Of a DNA stretch of 64,000 bases, positions 47,781-60,055 are shown in pieces. The stretch spans positions 1 through 64,000 of the forward strand of contig JAQGDQ010000146.1 in the NCBI GenBank assembly GCA_030141605.1, given 5' to 3'. The notes beneath the pieces are model-generated. The model ran no database searches, had not been told where the DNA came from, and saw only the letters and a list, made by a program, of their open reading frames with translations. This DNA is from Tubiluchus corallicola (taxonomy: Eukaryota; Animalia; Priapulida). Every line of letters begins with the position of its first letter. Positions within the stretch are counted from its first letter, which is position 1. Both the position numbers and the translations under genes were made by a program.

Positions 47781-48360
47781 TAATGGCAGACAATGGCAGG
47801 CAATGGCAGACAATGGTAGACAATGGCAGACAATGGTAGACAATGGTAGACAATGGCGGGCAATGGCAGACAATGGCAGACAATGGCGGGCAATGGCAGA
47901 CAATGGCAGGCAATGGCTGACAATGGCGGGCAATGGCAGACAATGGCAGACAATGGTAGACAATGGCGGGCAATGGCAGACAATGGTAGACAATGGCAGA
48001 CAATGGCGGGCAATGGCAGACAATGGTAGACAATGGCGGGCAATGGCAGACAATGGTAGACAATGGCGGGCAATGGCAGACAATGGTAGACAATGGCGGG
48101 CAATGGCAGACAATGGCAGGCAATGGCAGACAATGGCAGACAATGGTAGACAATGGCGGGCAATGGCAGACAATGGTAGACAATGGCGGGCAATGGCAGA
48201 CAATGGTAGACAATGGCGGGCAATGGCAGACAATGGTAGACAATGGCGGGCAATGGCAGACAATGGCAGGCAATGGCAGACAATGGCAGACAATGGTAGA
48301 CAATGGCGGGCAATGGCAGACAATGGCAGACAATGGTAGACAATGGCGGGCAATAGCTGA
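47781..48360. repeat. 10-bp minisatellite (CAATGGCAGA variants), ~58 units
   Basis: caatggcaga / caatggtaga / caatggcggg units in a recurring 30-bp pattern. Confidence 0.98.
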
Positions 48361-48511
48361 CCATTTTGAATAAAGTCTTTGGTACTTGGTTTCAAATTTT
48401 TGAGACATTAGCCTTACTAATAAACGCAATTTCAATGTTCTATTTGCCAAACTTCACTGTCATTTTTTTAACTTTTCTCATCAAATTTAATAACATTCGA
48501 AACATTCTTAA

Positions 48512-49028
48512 AGGAAAACCGGATGATTGTGTAAACATTAGTTCAGAATAAAGAATGCACTAAAATTTTGAAAACTACAATACGTTTTTTTAAATCAAAG
48601 TTTAGATGAAATAATAATTACCTCGGATACTCAAATTTCGTTAAACTTTCAAAGTTACGCGCGGCTCAGTGAATCTACTAAGATTGGCAACGGCGCCTTT
48701 TTGTCACATTCGCATGGCCGACAAATAGAGGTGGTACTGTGATAACCATTATCATGAACTGCAGTGTTGGTTTTTGACGTCTTATGACATAGAGCCCATT
48801 TTCATGACATCACACGTTTAAACAGTAACACTTACGGAAACGTGCTTGACGCGAAAGGGAGATGCCTGCCGTTGCGCAAACTGTGGTTAGTTTCTGACGT
48901 AAGAAATAACTGTGTTCGGTTGCCGTTAATTAACTTTCTAAGCTAACTATTCTTTATAGGCAAGAAAATGTATATTTTGGACAGTAAATTAAAATGAGAT
49001 TGAGTCTAAACAATCGTCCGGTTTTCCT
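48512..49028. mobile_element. Kolobok-like MITE
   Basis: TTAA flanks (48508-48511 and 49029-49032) and TIR aggaaaaccgga(t/c)gattgt. Confidence 0.8.
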
Positions 49029-49044
49029 TTAAACTTTGGTTTAT

Positions 49045-49372
49045 TTAGTTTGACAAGACAGAAAGTTGCCAGCTCATGCGACATCCTCCTCCTCGTCCAT
49101 CAGTGTCATCCCTGTAAAAGGGAGTCCAGAATCCAGCCCATGCGCACAGCTTGCGTGCGGCTCCCCCACCACATTGACCGCCGTCACCATCCGGGTGCCA
49201 GCTCATGCGACATCCTCCTGACCCAGGGCTCAGCGTTGCTAGGAACGCTCAGTTTCCATGACATTCTGCACCCGCCTCCTCGATCGTCCGTGTCATCCCG
49301 ATAGTAGGGCGTGTACTGCCCCACCTGTGCACACCTGATGTACTCGTGGTTACGTTGATTCACACCATTACA
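49045..49372 (-). pseudogene. Orphan terminal exon of a MACPF / perivitellin-2 67-kDa-like gene (invertebrate MACPF accessory domain), frameshifted
   Basis: Acceptor tttgcag at 49373. One frame gives YTPYYRDDTDDRGGGCRMSWKL; a second gives WHPDGDGGQCGGGAARKLCA..WTPFYRDDTDGRGGGCRMSWQL-stop. GC-rich compared with the flanks. Confidence 0.7.
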
Positions 49373-49879
49373 CTGCAAAGAAAGAACGAAGATAAAGTAA
49401 GCCAACTTTTTACCTGTGTATAAGTTATAAGTTTATTTATTTCCACTCTGCGTCTAACTGTTATAATAAAAATACAGATAATTTCACTGAAGTAAACATA
49501 AATATAAATGCAATATTATCCAGAAATTACAAAAGAGATTCTTATGCAGCATATACATGTGCAAATTACATTACAGAGTAATTTTGATGCATACAGTTTG
49601 AGCCTAAAAGCATAGCTTGACAGGCCAAACTTTACGTGGAAATCTTAAAGAAGTGATTAATAATTCAAATAATCATCAAGTATACATAAAAGTGGGGCGG
49701 AGGGAGTAGTGAATGAAAGATGAAATGGAGTGAGAACTAAGAAAAACTGTGATTATGATTATAAAGTGTTTAGTAACCTGTTGAGCATAGTCACGTTTTA
49801 TTAAAATTACTGTGGAAAAAGAATGCAGGTGATTACCATTATCAAACTGTGTTACTCTCAATACTTTTGAAATATTTCT

Positions 49880-50045
49880 TTTCTGACGGTTTTTTTTTTA
49901 AAGTTGAAAGGGAGTGACTACATTTTGAATTGCGGCTTAGTCTATTCCATTGGACTGGTCCCATATAGCTAATGCACTCGTACTTTTGCATAGCTGCAAC
50001 CGATTTTCCTGTTCCGAGATGTTCGTGGAATTTACTTTTTATCAA
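49880..50045 (-). mobile_element. LINE 3' remnant
   Basis: ISYMGPVQWNRLS..SHSLSTLKKK, the typical CR1/L2 ORF2 tail. Confidence 0.5.
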
Positions 50046-50309
50046 TAAATGTTAAATAATAAAATGCTTGCGTAAATCAAAATTATGTTAATTTGTTGAA
50101 GTTCAGACATTGCTCTTATTCAGTGTTAAAAACAATTTTACTATAAAATGCTCAAATACACCAAATAATATCAAAGAACTATCTAAGAAAAGCTAGTAAT
50201 TTGTATTGTTACATAAAAATAAAAACAAAATAAAGGGATTTTCAAGTAAGTATAAAAAATATAGGTCTATATCACATGACATGACAAGAAAACAAATAAT
50301 ATATACTAC

Positions 50310-51730
50310 TGAGTATACAGATTCACAAGACCTAAGCAAACTGGTTAACAGTGAACTAAATATGATAGAAAAATACATGAAAGCCAACAGATTTTAACTA
50401 ATTTAAAACTAAATTTATGCTAAAAACAATAAAACAAAAATAGGTGGAGCAGAAGACTGGTCATATTAGTTAATAAGAAACTGTCATGGGAGCACACATC
50501 AAATATATCAAAATACAAGTTAAGTCGCATATATTGAAACGAATTAAAACTAAGGAAATATGTTAATCAAGCAACTCTAAAACTCATATACCAATCAATA
50601 CCATATCTGTACTTAAATTACTGCATTCTAACCTGGGGAAGAGCATATTCATCAACACTAAAACGGCTAAAAACACATCAATATAAAATCGTCAAACTTA
50701 TAACATTTGCTGGAAAATCTGATCATGCTACTCCATCATTCATGCTGGCATTACGAAAACTTAGAGACACTTTAAAATTTAAAATCACTAAAATTTATGT
50801 GCAAGTACAAGTGGGGTTTCTTTCCAAATATTTTTAATGATCATTTCACGCCTCTTGCAGAAGTACATTCTTACTATACCAGAGTTGCTAGTAGTGATAT
50901 TTTTTTGTAGAGAGGTTCCAAATTAGATGCAGATTTAAATGTGTTAAACGAAGGGAGCTATATTATAGCGGAGCTAAACTCCCTACAAAGAACATCAATA
51001 TTGGCCCTATAAAATCATTATTAACAGTTACAAAAAACCGCTAATAGACATATATGCATTACCATTAAATTAATTACAGCTTACGTTATGACTATTAACA
51101 GCGACACTTATATTTACTAATATTATTGGTAAAAAAAACCTACAAAATTGTGCAAATATGCAGTGAAAATTAGTTAAATATGGGAAGTATGTGTCCCATG
51201 TGACATTGAGATTAATTTCTTCATTTGATTTACAATTGTATAAAAAAAATGTTTCACAAAACTCAATTGCGTGTATCGACTACTTCTCGGCACTCACATT
51301 AATTACTGCTTTTCTTTTTCAGTTATTTAACCATATATGCATTATTTTTGCAAAAATGTGAACATTATTGTTATTATTCATATAGTAATTATTTATTGGG
51401 ATGCCTTTATACCACTTGTACTTTTTTCTCAATTATGTCATTATTGTTATGCGTAGATTCGTATTTCAAATTTTATTCACGTTGTCAGCAATAGCTGCCA
51501 TGTTTAATATTTTACTTTTTATATTTGCCTTGATTATTCCTTTTATGTACACTAACTAAAGTTACAACTAGTTTCATCACAATTTTTTGCTGATATTACA
51601 AAACTGATTTACAGGGGATGGGTGACAAGATGACCTATTGTTTTTCCTCTCTCCGTTTCCTTGGATACAGTATTTTGTAAAATGGTATATTTGTTACATT
51701 ATTGGAGAAAATAAAAGTCTATGTCTATGT
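50310..51730 (+). mobile_element. CR1/L2-like LINE 3' remnant
   Basis: Broken frames VNSELNMIEKYMKAN and LIYQSIPYLYLNYCILTWG..KIVKLITFA..HATP. Ends in aataaaagtctatgtctatgtc; a hAT MITE follows. Confidence 0.6.
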
Positions 51731-51787
51731 CAATGCAACATTGACCAAAGCGACAATAATTTAAATTTTAGCAAGTGCTTAAATGAG

Positions 51788-52194
51788 TGGGGGTGAGCAT
51801 TCTCTACCAGAAAGCGAATTCGAATCGAACCGAATTTGTGACTTTCGAATTCGAATCGAACCGAACTTCAGTGTTTCGAATTCGAACCGAATTCGAATTG
51901 AGATCGAAAGATTTTCGAACAAGTTTTCGAACCACCAGCAAAAATTAGTCTTACAAAGATCATGCATATCACTAGATTTTGTTCTGCAATAAAACGACTA
52001 GTAATTTCTTTAAAATTGTGTGCAGAAATCACAGCTAAATTATGCTAATTGCATGATGTTTCAATCGTTTTAGTGATAAAGAACATATATGATTGAAGTG
52101 CTGAATTATTCGAATCTATAATTTTGGATTCGAATCGAGTTCGAACTAAAAAAACTCGTTCGAATCGAATTCGAGCGTTCGATGCTCACCCCTA
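51788..52194. mobile_element. hAT-like MITE with TTCGAA subterminal repeats
   Basis: TIR t(g/a)ggggtgagcat, near-duplicated flank ttaaa(a)tgag, and many ttcgaa motifs. Confidence 0.75.
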
Positions 52195-53119
52195 TTAAAA
52201 TGAGTCTATTTATGATTGTGCCAGCACAAAGTTGTTTCTTTTCTACTGAAACGTTTTCAATGTTTGCAGTGATTGCGATTCTATTGCATTGATTTTTTAG
52301 GCTGGATTGGAATGGATGAAGAATTTGTACTATTTACCAAAGACATGATCCTTAAAAACCTACAAGGTGAAGGTACACGTGTTTTGGCCAAGTCTGAATG
52401 TGACACTACTTATTTTGCTGATGACACACGAATAAAAGAAACTTTAGAATCCAATTCAAAAAATTGTCAGATATTCATGAGCATAAATCCCTTGAGCCTG
52501 CTACAAATTTAACAGATTTGGAAAAGGCAGGTGTTGGAAATTTCCATCACCTCAACAAAGATAATGCCTATTTGAAGCCAGACAGTACAAGAGAAACTAA
52601 TATTTCAGGTAAGTTGGTGTTGCCATTGTACAGCTGTAAGATGCATATCGAAGCAATAAATAAAATTTTGTGGGAATTACATTTAGCTTTTACACATATG
52701 AAAATTTTTGAAATATAAATTAAGATCTGTATTACAGTACTTATTAAGTCAAGACTATAAAGCACAAAATCAGGATTAAGGCAACATGGGTCCACTAGTA
52801 AAATATATGAAGTTATTAAGCTTAGATTTATCAGCACCATAATTAATTTGCTATTGTGTGACTTAGAAAGAGTAACATAAATTATGAGAGTTAGACTGAT
52901 TGCCAATAGGCTAATGTTGACGATAGGCCTATAACATGCACACATTTCATCATTAGTGGGTACATTATATGAAGTACAGGCGGCACTAAATAGTAGCATA
53001 AATAGCAAAAACGTTATTTTTAAACTGAACATAAAACCGTCAATACCAATGAAATTCAGTCGGGAAACTCGAAATAAATTTGTTTGCTACAACGGGAGCT
53101 TCTTAGATACAAATTTTAA

Positions 53120-53830
53120 TTACAGAAAATTGTTTAAGAACTTTTGCACAGCGTTACTAATGAGCTCATTCAATTGTTCTTTCTTTTCAGGGTCACAATT
53201 TGATGCAGGCGAGCCAGTGGTTGGGGTGCTAATCTGTTTTGGTTGCTTGTGTAGTACCTGTGCGTATGTGCTAATATGTTGTTTATTATTCACGAGTAGG
53301 TCTTGATCAGTGGTGTTGTTGTTTGTTGTAATGTAACAATCCTGATCAGGTACCAGCGATGGCAGCAAAGCCGGTCTTCTCAATGTTTGCTGTAGTATAA
53401 AATTATCATTCATTTCCTTGCTTTTGTGTAATTGACGCTGTTTGTCCTATAATGGGCTTTACTGGCCTACTATTATACCGTTTAGGCGCAATTCACCTTT
53501 TATTGTCACTGGTCAAGCAGTGGTGGTATACTGGCTGTGAAACAGGTTTTACTCACGGTTTTTGCTTTCTAGTTTTTACTCAATGTTCAGGGAAGCAGTT
53601 ATCTATTCATGTTTCTATAGTTCAATAAACATTTTTCTGTTGTGTGCAGTACAAATATTTATTATAGATTTTAGGTTCTTAAACCATACTTCTCTGTGTC
53701 TAAACTCAACAACTTCGAAAATGACTTTCACGGTTCTTATCATTTTTGTCGTTGTTGTTATTTTTAGGTGTTGTTCTTCTTTACAATTTGTTGAATCTAG
53801 TGAAAGAATATCGTGCTGGCGAATTGTGTA
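53120..53830 (-). mobile_element. Possible decayed non-LTR ORF1 (gag-like)
   Basis: Broken frames with a CF..Q.Y.H-like knuckle remnant near 53480-53550 and a TYAQV low-complexity tail. Confidence 0.3.
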
Positions 53831-54057
53831 ATATGTGTAAAAACTTGGAGTGTTTACTGGTGAAAGAATCACAGAAAGTTGGTAAAAAGATATCGCGCAC
53901 ATAGATTCATAGGCAAAATTGGCCTATTTGTATACTTTTGGAGTTGCTTGATACTGCCAGACTAAAAGACCTAGTTTATAGGCAAGTACGTTTTGTTAAA
54001 CACCTTGAAGGATCTTTTGTATCTTTTCACATCTCCTACAGTTAGAACAATAAAACT

Positions 54058-55218
54058 ATGAGTACGAAAAAACTTGCTGTCGTCACTGGTGTGATTTTTA
54101 CCTTAACAATGGCTGTCTTGTATAATTCATGGACCATAAATCCACAGTTACTTGACGCAAGACGTTTTAGCCCGACTTCAGAAAGAGTTGAAAGCTATTA
54201 TTCTTCCTTCACTAGTAACCTAACAGTTTCACCTACCCGGAAATTAATTTTGTTTTGGAATAAGTTCCACAGAGATGATTTTTTTGGTTTTGGAAAAGGA
54301 AGTAAGCCTTTTGAAATGTGTGACATGTGGGATAGAAATTGTGAAACAACAAATGACAAGTCTCGCTTGAATGAAAGTGATGCGGTTGTTGTGCACATGA
54401 GAAATACAGAAGAGAGCAATCTTACTCCTTTCCCTGTTTACCGACCACCAGGACAAAGATGGGTTTTCTTTTTGTGGGAAACACCAATCAGAATGTTTCC
54501 CAACACAAAAGGAAAAATCCCAGATTTGTCACATTTAAATGACTTTTTTAACTGGACGATGACATATCGTCTAGATTCTGACTTTCCTCGCGTCCATGGA
54601 GAAGTTGTCTCACGTCCTTCACCTCGTGTTGAGATTGTTAAAAATTACGCTAAAGGAAAGACAAAACTAGTGGCTTGGTTCGTAAGTGACTGCAACAAAG
54701 ATTATACTGGGCGAATAGAATATGCCAAAGAGTTACAGAAATACATCTCTGTTGATGTATATGGCAAATGTGGTAACCTAACATGTCCGAAAAAAGGCCG
54801 TTATTGTGATAAGATGTTAAAACGCGACTATAAATTTTATTTGTCATTTGAAAATTCTTACTGTCGTGACTATATTACAGAGAAAGTTTATAACAGGTTA
54901 ATGTTCAGAAATGTGATTCCCGTAGTGAGAGGTGCTGCTGATTACACAAAGTTAACCCCACCACATTCAGTAATCAATACAGCAGATTTTGATTCAGCTA
55001 AAAAACTTGCCGAATACCTCTTGTATTTGGATAAGAACGACACTGCTTATTCACGATATTTTGCCTGGAAGCAGAATTATTCCATAGCAAGAAAAGCAAA
55101 GCGAAGCTTCTGCTATTTGTGCAAAAAACTGAATAATCCGAGTGAACCAGCAAAAACATACAACATACAAGACTGGTGGGTAAAGCAAGGAAATTGCACC
55201 GAGATACAAAGACAATAA
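54058..55218 (+). CDS. Alpha-1,3-fucosyltransferase (GT10), intronless CDS
   Basis: Type II TM N-terminus; FNWTMTYRLDSD, VAWFVSDC and YKFYLSFENSYCRDYITEK (alpha-1,3-FucT motif). Confidence 0.93.
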   Translation: MSTKKLAVVTGVIFTLTMAVLYNSWTINPQLLDARRFSPTSERVESYYSSFTSNLTVSPTRKLILFWNKFHRDDFFGFGKGSKPFEMCDMWDRNCETTNDKSRLNESDAVVVHMRNTEESNLTPFPVYRPPGQRWVFFLWETPIRMFPNTKGKIPDLSHLNDFFNWTMTYRLDSDFPRVHGEVVSRPSPRVEIVKNYAKGKTKLVAWFVSDCNKDYTGRIEYAKELQKYISVDVYGKCGNLTCPKKGRYCDKMLKRDYKFYLSFENSYCRDYITEKVYNRLMFRNVIPVVRGAADYTKLTPPHSVINTADFDSAKKLAEYLLYLDKNDTAYSRYFAWKQNYSIARKAKRSFCYLCKKLNNPSEPAKTYNIQDWWVKQGNCTEIQRQ

Positions 55219-56432
55219 GGTTGTACACGAACCATAACCATCATCCTATTGGTATTTTTATATGTACTGTTTGCTTAATCTTCTGTGAGTTGTTTTCTGT
55301 TTCTGATCATTATGGGCGTGGTTATCATTTTGAAAATATACTGTCATTTGCAGAATAAAATACAACTTTGCCTATTCTTCTTCAGATATAGTACTAACAC
55401 TAATAACTGGTGATGCCTATGACGATGATGATGATGATGGTGGTGGTGATGATGATGCCTTTATTATCAGTACTTCGTTTGCTGAAAGCATGAAAAACAG
55501 CCAACATCTCTTTACCACAAGTACAAAGAATGAAATCTTTGCAAGTCACCAAGCAAAATATAAATGATTTGACTGAGACAAGCCCAACCAGCCAAAAGCA
55601 ACTGAAGTGTCATAGAAGATTCGTTGAACTTCTGTGTGGCAAAGATGGCATACATCAGATGTAGCTAAATGCACTAAGATATAATTGCATGAAAAATATC
55701 TCCTAGCTGCCATTGGCACAAAATGTTATTAATTGTTACTTTGAAATAATTTAGTCAGTAGAAGAGGCACCATTCAACAAGTACAGCCACAGTACAGCAA
55801 AAAACTTTTTCCATAATATATCCATATCCGTAACATTACTGTGCCATTTTTAAATAATAAAAATCATTTACTTGAAACTAGCCACAAAATGTAAAAACAG
55901 TGAATATAAAATGGCATCCGATCTAGTAGAAAAAACTGTTTGCTAAGTTAAGCAGAGTAGTGCCAATGAGTTTAATTTTTGTAGTGCTAAGTGAAAAGTT
56001 TATTTTGTTTATCTATGTAATTGTTATCTCACAGGCTACTATAGTAGTGCCATCTACTGTCAACTTGTTCATCAAAGGAAGAAACCAGGGACATGAATTT
56101 GACAGGCGTACTTCCTTATTTGGCAAGTTTGACCACCAATCCTGAGTGATGATAAGTAGGACATTCACAGCTGCTACTCTTTATAACCTGTTTGATTGGT
56201 CAGGTTTAGGTGATGAACCAACCTTTACTTGTTATGCAGCCATTCAGCTGAGAGCAAACAGGTTTGACCTGGAAAAACGAGGCCACAGAGCAAGGTGTAA
56301 AAAGTGTGGCTTTGCAAGATGGTTGCTCTATTTGAGTTTTATCAGTTCTTAGTTTAAAGGACAATATTGCATTTATTGATGGAATTTCCTCAGCAGAAAC
56401 AGAGTACTTTTACAATGGTTATACTCAGTCTT

Positions 56433-58636
56433 TGTGATCCTGGGCTGTCCATTATTTAGGAAGCCCCTAGAGACTTTGTCGTTTATGGTGGAGGAGACCA
56501 GGTCGTGAAATGGACTATTGGTAGTTCTCAGAGAATCAGCCTGTGGTCGGTCTTCCTGTCAGTGCCTTCAGATACGCCGGACTTGATACAGCGCATTCCT
56601 CAGTTGATGGAGTAAATGCCACGCCTGCTGTCACCTCATTGTCTGACCCTGAAGTTACCGTTTGTGAGCCTGCCGTCAGACTGTTCCAGTACACGCCGCC
56701 GTCGACAGCGACAGTGACGAGGTTAGGCTAGCTAGCCAACGTGTGCACAGAGACTCACGATAAGTACAGTTTGTGGTGTTTGTGGTACACTTAAAAATCC
56801 CTGGTAAAATTAAAGACAGTAGTTAAAACTATAATTTGTAGTATATCTTTGTTTATTAATTCTCAAATGTGTTTTTCTGATGTTAAATAATATTGAGTTT
56901 ATAGCTAATTGGTCGTTTGTCTATCTGTTCTGATAATGTTAGATTCTCACGTTAAGGAAGCTCGCCAGAGACCCACAGCCTTAGATCAAATAAAGCTTAC
57001 TGTTTCTTTAAGTATTTATGGTGTGTTAGCATCAGTGTGGTAGTGATAATCTTGCCATCCTGACATAAACACATTTACAGCATTTTAGGCCAAACGGATT
57101 ATCACAGTGGTGTCAGAATTTTTGCTGTGTCTGACCTCATTTACACTTCCTGTTCAGCGAGTATTTTAACGTTATCAGAACGTCTGTTTTGACTGCGCTA
57201 CTCCGATATTTTAAGGTATAGAAGCCATACTAGGTAGGCTTGCAGTAGTAAGCTAAAGTTAAAGCAAATATAATATTTTACTCTCAAGCTGCAATTTACC
57301 TTCCCAATGTATTTCTACTTGCTTGAATTGCTGTAGTGAAAACTTTCCTTTCGGTCGAGAAAAACGTTTATTTTCGTTAAACAGGTCAAGAATAATTTAT
57401 CACAAAACTTTTATTTGGAGGAGGCATGAGACGCTTGCTTCTTAAAGCTGCTAAATGAACATCGCAGCATTATTTGGCTTCATTGCTGCGCTGTTAGTGT
57501 TAGTTTTGTTTAAATTATCCTTGTTGGTCAATTCTTAATAGCATAAACAGGGTAACTTGGTACTGCGTGAGTGGTTAGAAGTTGACCTTGAATGATTGTC
57601 AGAGCGATTGATCTTTGCCGCTCTTGTGTGGAGGCGTGACTGTAATATAGCAATCACAGCTCCTGCTGTGTAAATAAATAAATACTTTTATTGCTCAATT
57701 CCAGTGCAACTATTAAAACATAGAACAATAATAATAATATTAATGGCGGAGCATGTTTCTCTAGCTCAGCTGACACAAATGAAAAGAGATGACTTGTTTG
57801 AAGTTGCCAGAAAATTAGGCCTAGATTTTGAGTCCTCAGTTACTCAGCTGAGTGCTCAGCTGGTGGAACGAATTTATGAAGTCGCAGGTCTCCGTACTAC
57901 TGTTGAGGAAGTTGATAAAGTGGGGGACACAACTTCAGACCCTGAAAGTGACCCCGAGGCGGATCCAGGTTCTAGTGGACCAACTGATATGCCTGTTCAA
58001 CAGAAATATGCACAGGTGGGAGAGAGTAGAGATTTAAGCGTAAAGCCCAAGCCCTTGGGCACTACAAAACCTACAATGGGGACGCCTGTTGCAGGCTATA
58101 GTGCTCACGGTTCTGATTTGGATGCCACTGCTCATACTCCGCCCCCTTTGCTGTTTCGCGATGCAACGATGGCTGGACAGTCTCTCCTCCATGCACCTCC
58201 CTCTGGATATAGTATGCCAGACGTCTCTTTGGAAGCTTTGTCTGCTGTAACAGATAACCCAGCTCAAGTTTTACTTTTACTTCAGCAACTCCGGGCTGAA
58301 CAAGTGCGAGATGAGTGTAGATTAGCGGAAATGCAGCTGGAGATGAAAAAGTTGGAATTTTCTGCAGCACACACTGCGCAGTCAAACCCTGCTCATGGTT
58401 CTGCCATTAACTCAAGCTTGGATACGCCCAATATCTCGACTGCTAACGTAATAAAACGTCTCAAGTTTCGCATGTATGACGAAACAACGGAGGATATTGA
58501 GATTTTCTTGGACTGTTTTGCACAGTCAGCTACTGCTAATGCTATTCCCCAGAAATGCTGGGCAGCGTCCTTAGGCCCTGTTCTAACTGGAAAAGCTGCC
58601 ATAACTTACCAGCAGGTCCCACTTGAGCAACTATGA
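56433..58636 (+). mobile_element. 5' part of a Gypsy (Gmr1-like) LTR retrotransposon, 3'-truncated
   Basis: Putative LTR 56433-57106 (TGTGAT..ATCACA), PBS TGGTGTCAGAA at 57108-57118 (tRNA-Leu type), then gag. No pol or second LTR seen. Confidence 0.75.
57743..58636 (+). CDS. Truncated Gypsy/Gmr1-like gag
   Basis: DIEIFLDCFAQSATANAIPQKCWAASLGPVLTGKAAITY resembles the capsid N-terminal motif of SCAN-related gags; a coiled coil precedes it. First ATG at 57743. Confidence 0.7.
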   Translation: MAEHVSLAQLTQMKRDDLFEVARKLGLDFESSVTQLSAQLVERIYEVAGLRTTVEEVDKVGDTTSDPESDPEADPGSSGPTDMPVQQKYAQVGESRDLSVKPKPLGTTKPTMGTPVAGYSAHGSDLDATAHTPPPLLFRDATMAGQSLLHAPPSGYSMPDVSLEALSAVTDNPAQVLLLLQQLRAEQVRDECRLAEMQLEMKKLEFSAAHTAQSNPAHGSAINSSLDTPNISTANVIKRLKFRMYDETTEDIEIFLDCFAQSATANAIPQKCWAASLGPVLTGKAAITYQQVPLEQL

Positions 58637-59299
58637 GTTTCTACAAGAGATTTGTTTTTGAACTTCCGAGGTATAGAATTCCAAATTCAGCACAGATGCA
58701 ATGACTAGTAATAGCCAGTTTTCTTTTGACTTTACAAAACGTTACAACTAAACAAATAGATTTACTAATAATGCCACAACATACAGAGAAAAATTAACGG
58801 AATGATTACTTATTTACGTCAAATCATTTGTGATAAAATCAGTCAGTGTAATAAATTGTCACAAATAAAATTACAATACATACTGAAAGTAAAAAAAGAA
58901 AAAACAAATTGGTTCTGGTTGAGACACGTATACACAAAAACAAAGTGTATAGGCTGAACAAATAATAATTATAATGAATGGATGATGCATGCACAGTAAG
59001 TACATTTAAGTTGGATAAATATTGGAGGAAACAGAACATCAACATGTCTAAATAAAACACCTAGCATTAATGCATTGCTTTGTTAATGGTGTAGCATTAC
59101 AACATTAATGACAAGTAGCTGATGCCATTATCAAACAAATGAAGGAAGCCCGGTGACAATAATGATTAGTGTTACTATTAGCACAGCATGCACATATAAC
59201 GAGCAATCATGGAACAGGATCCATATATAGTTGTTACACGTAAAGCTGAAGTGTTAGAAAAACTGTTCATATGTTCAATAAAGGAATATTAAGTATTTT

Positions 59300-59990
59300 G
59301 GTTCATATCTTTAGCGTATTACACAAATGCCGCGAGTAGAATCTGTACAGTTGCAACTTTCTTAGTTTTTGTTCATAGTTTAGGCTGTTGAGTTCTGTTG
59401 CACGATCTTGTAATGTCTCGCGTAGATTCGTGTATTTAATAAACTGAGGATTCCATACTTGTTTGAGGTATTCCAGATGTTGACATACCAGTTTCTTGTA
59501 GTGTAGAAACATAACTCTTGTGCTGGCATAAACGTTTTGGCTGTCAGGCCTCAGTTTTTGTTCACAATGTGATTACAGAAGTTCTGTGTACTATCGGATA
59601 AAACTCTAAATTTCCGTTTCTACATTCAACAGAAGATCAAGGTTAAATGTACAGCAAGCCAAACAAGTGCTTCCGTCAACATGAAGAGATTTACATTTGG
59701 AATCTTGAGCATAAAACTTCATTAACGTGCCAAGGTCTTGCTGAAGTCATTGGTTCTAAAGATCATCAAGTACGGATCGTGCCAATTTTACATCATCAAC
59801 AAACATCAATATCTTCGAGACTAGTTTATGGTCGATATCGTCTATGTACATTAAAAACAACAAAGGCCCTAACACACTTCCTTGTGGAACCCCGGATACA
59901 GATGAAGACTCACAATGGATCTCAGCACCCTGGGTACGATCACTGTGCTTGAGAAGGTGTAAAATACATTTACAAATGAGAAACATTTGT
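59300..59990 (-). mobile_element. CR1-like LINE RT remnant
   Basis: SGVPQGSVLGPLLFLMYIDD..MFVDDVKL and YKKLVCQHLEY..VWNP. Confidence 0.85.
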
Positions 59991-60055
59991 TGCAGAAAAA
60001 ATTATTGAATGTCTTCACCAAAAATGCACTTTAAAATGCACGACTATAGCTCCTA

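Noticed and set aside
47739-48450. Five long repetitive ORFs (MADNGRQW.., CHCLPL..)
   Set aside because: Translations of a stop-free 10-bp satellite on both strands.
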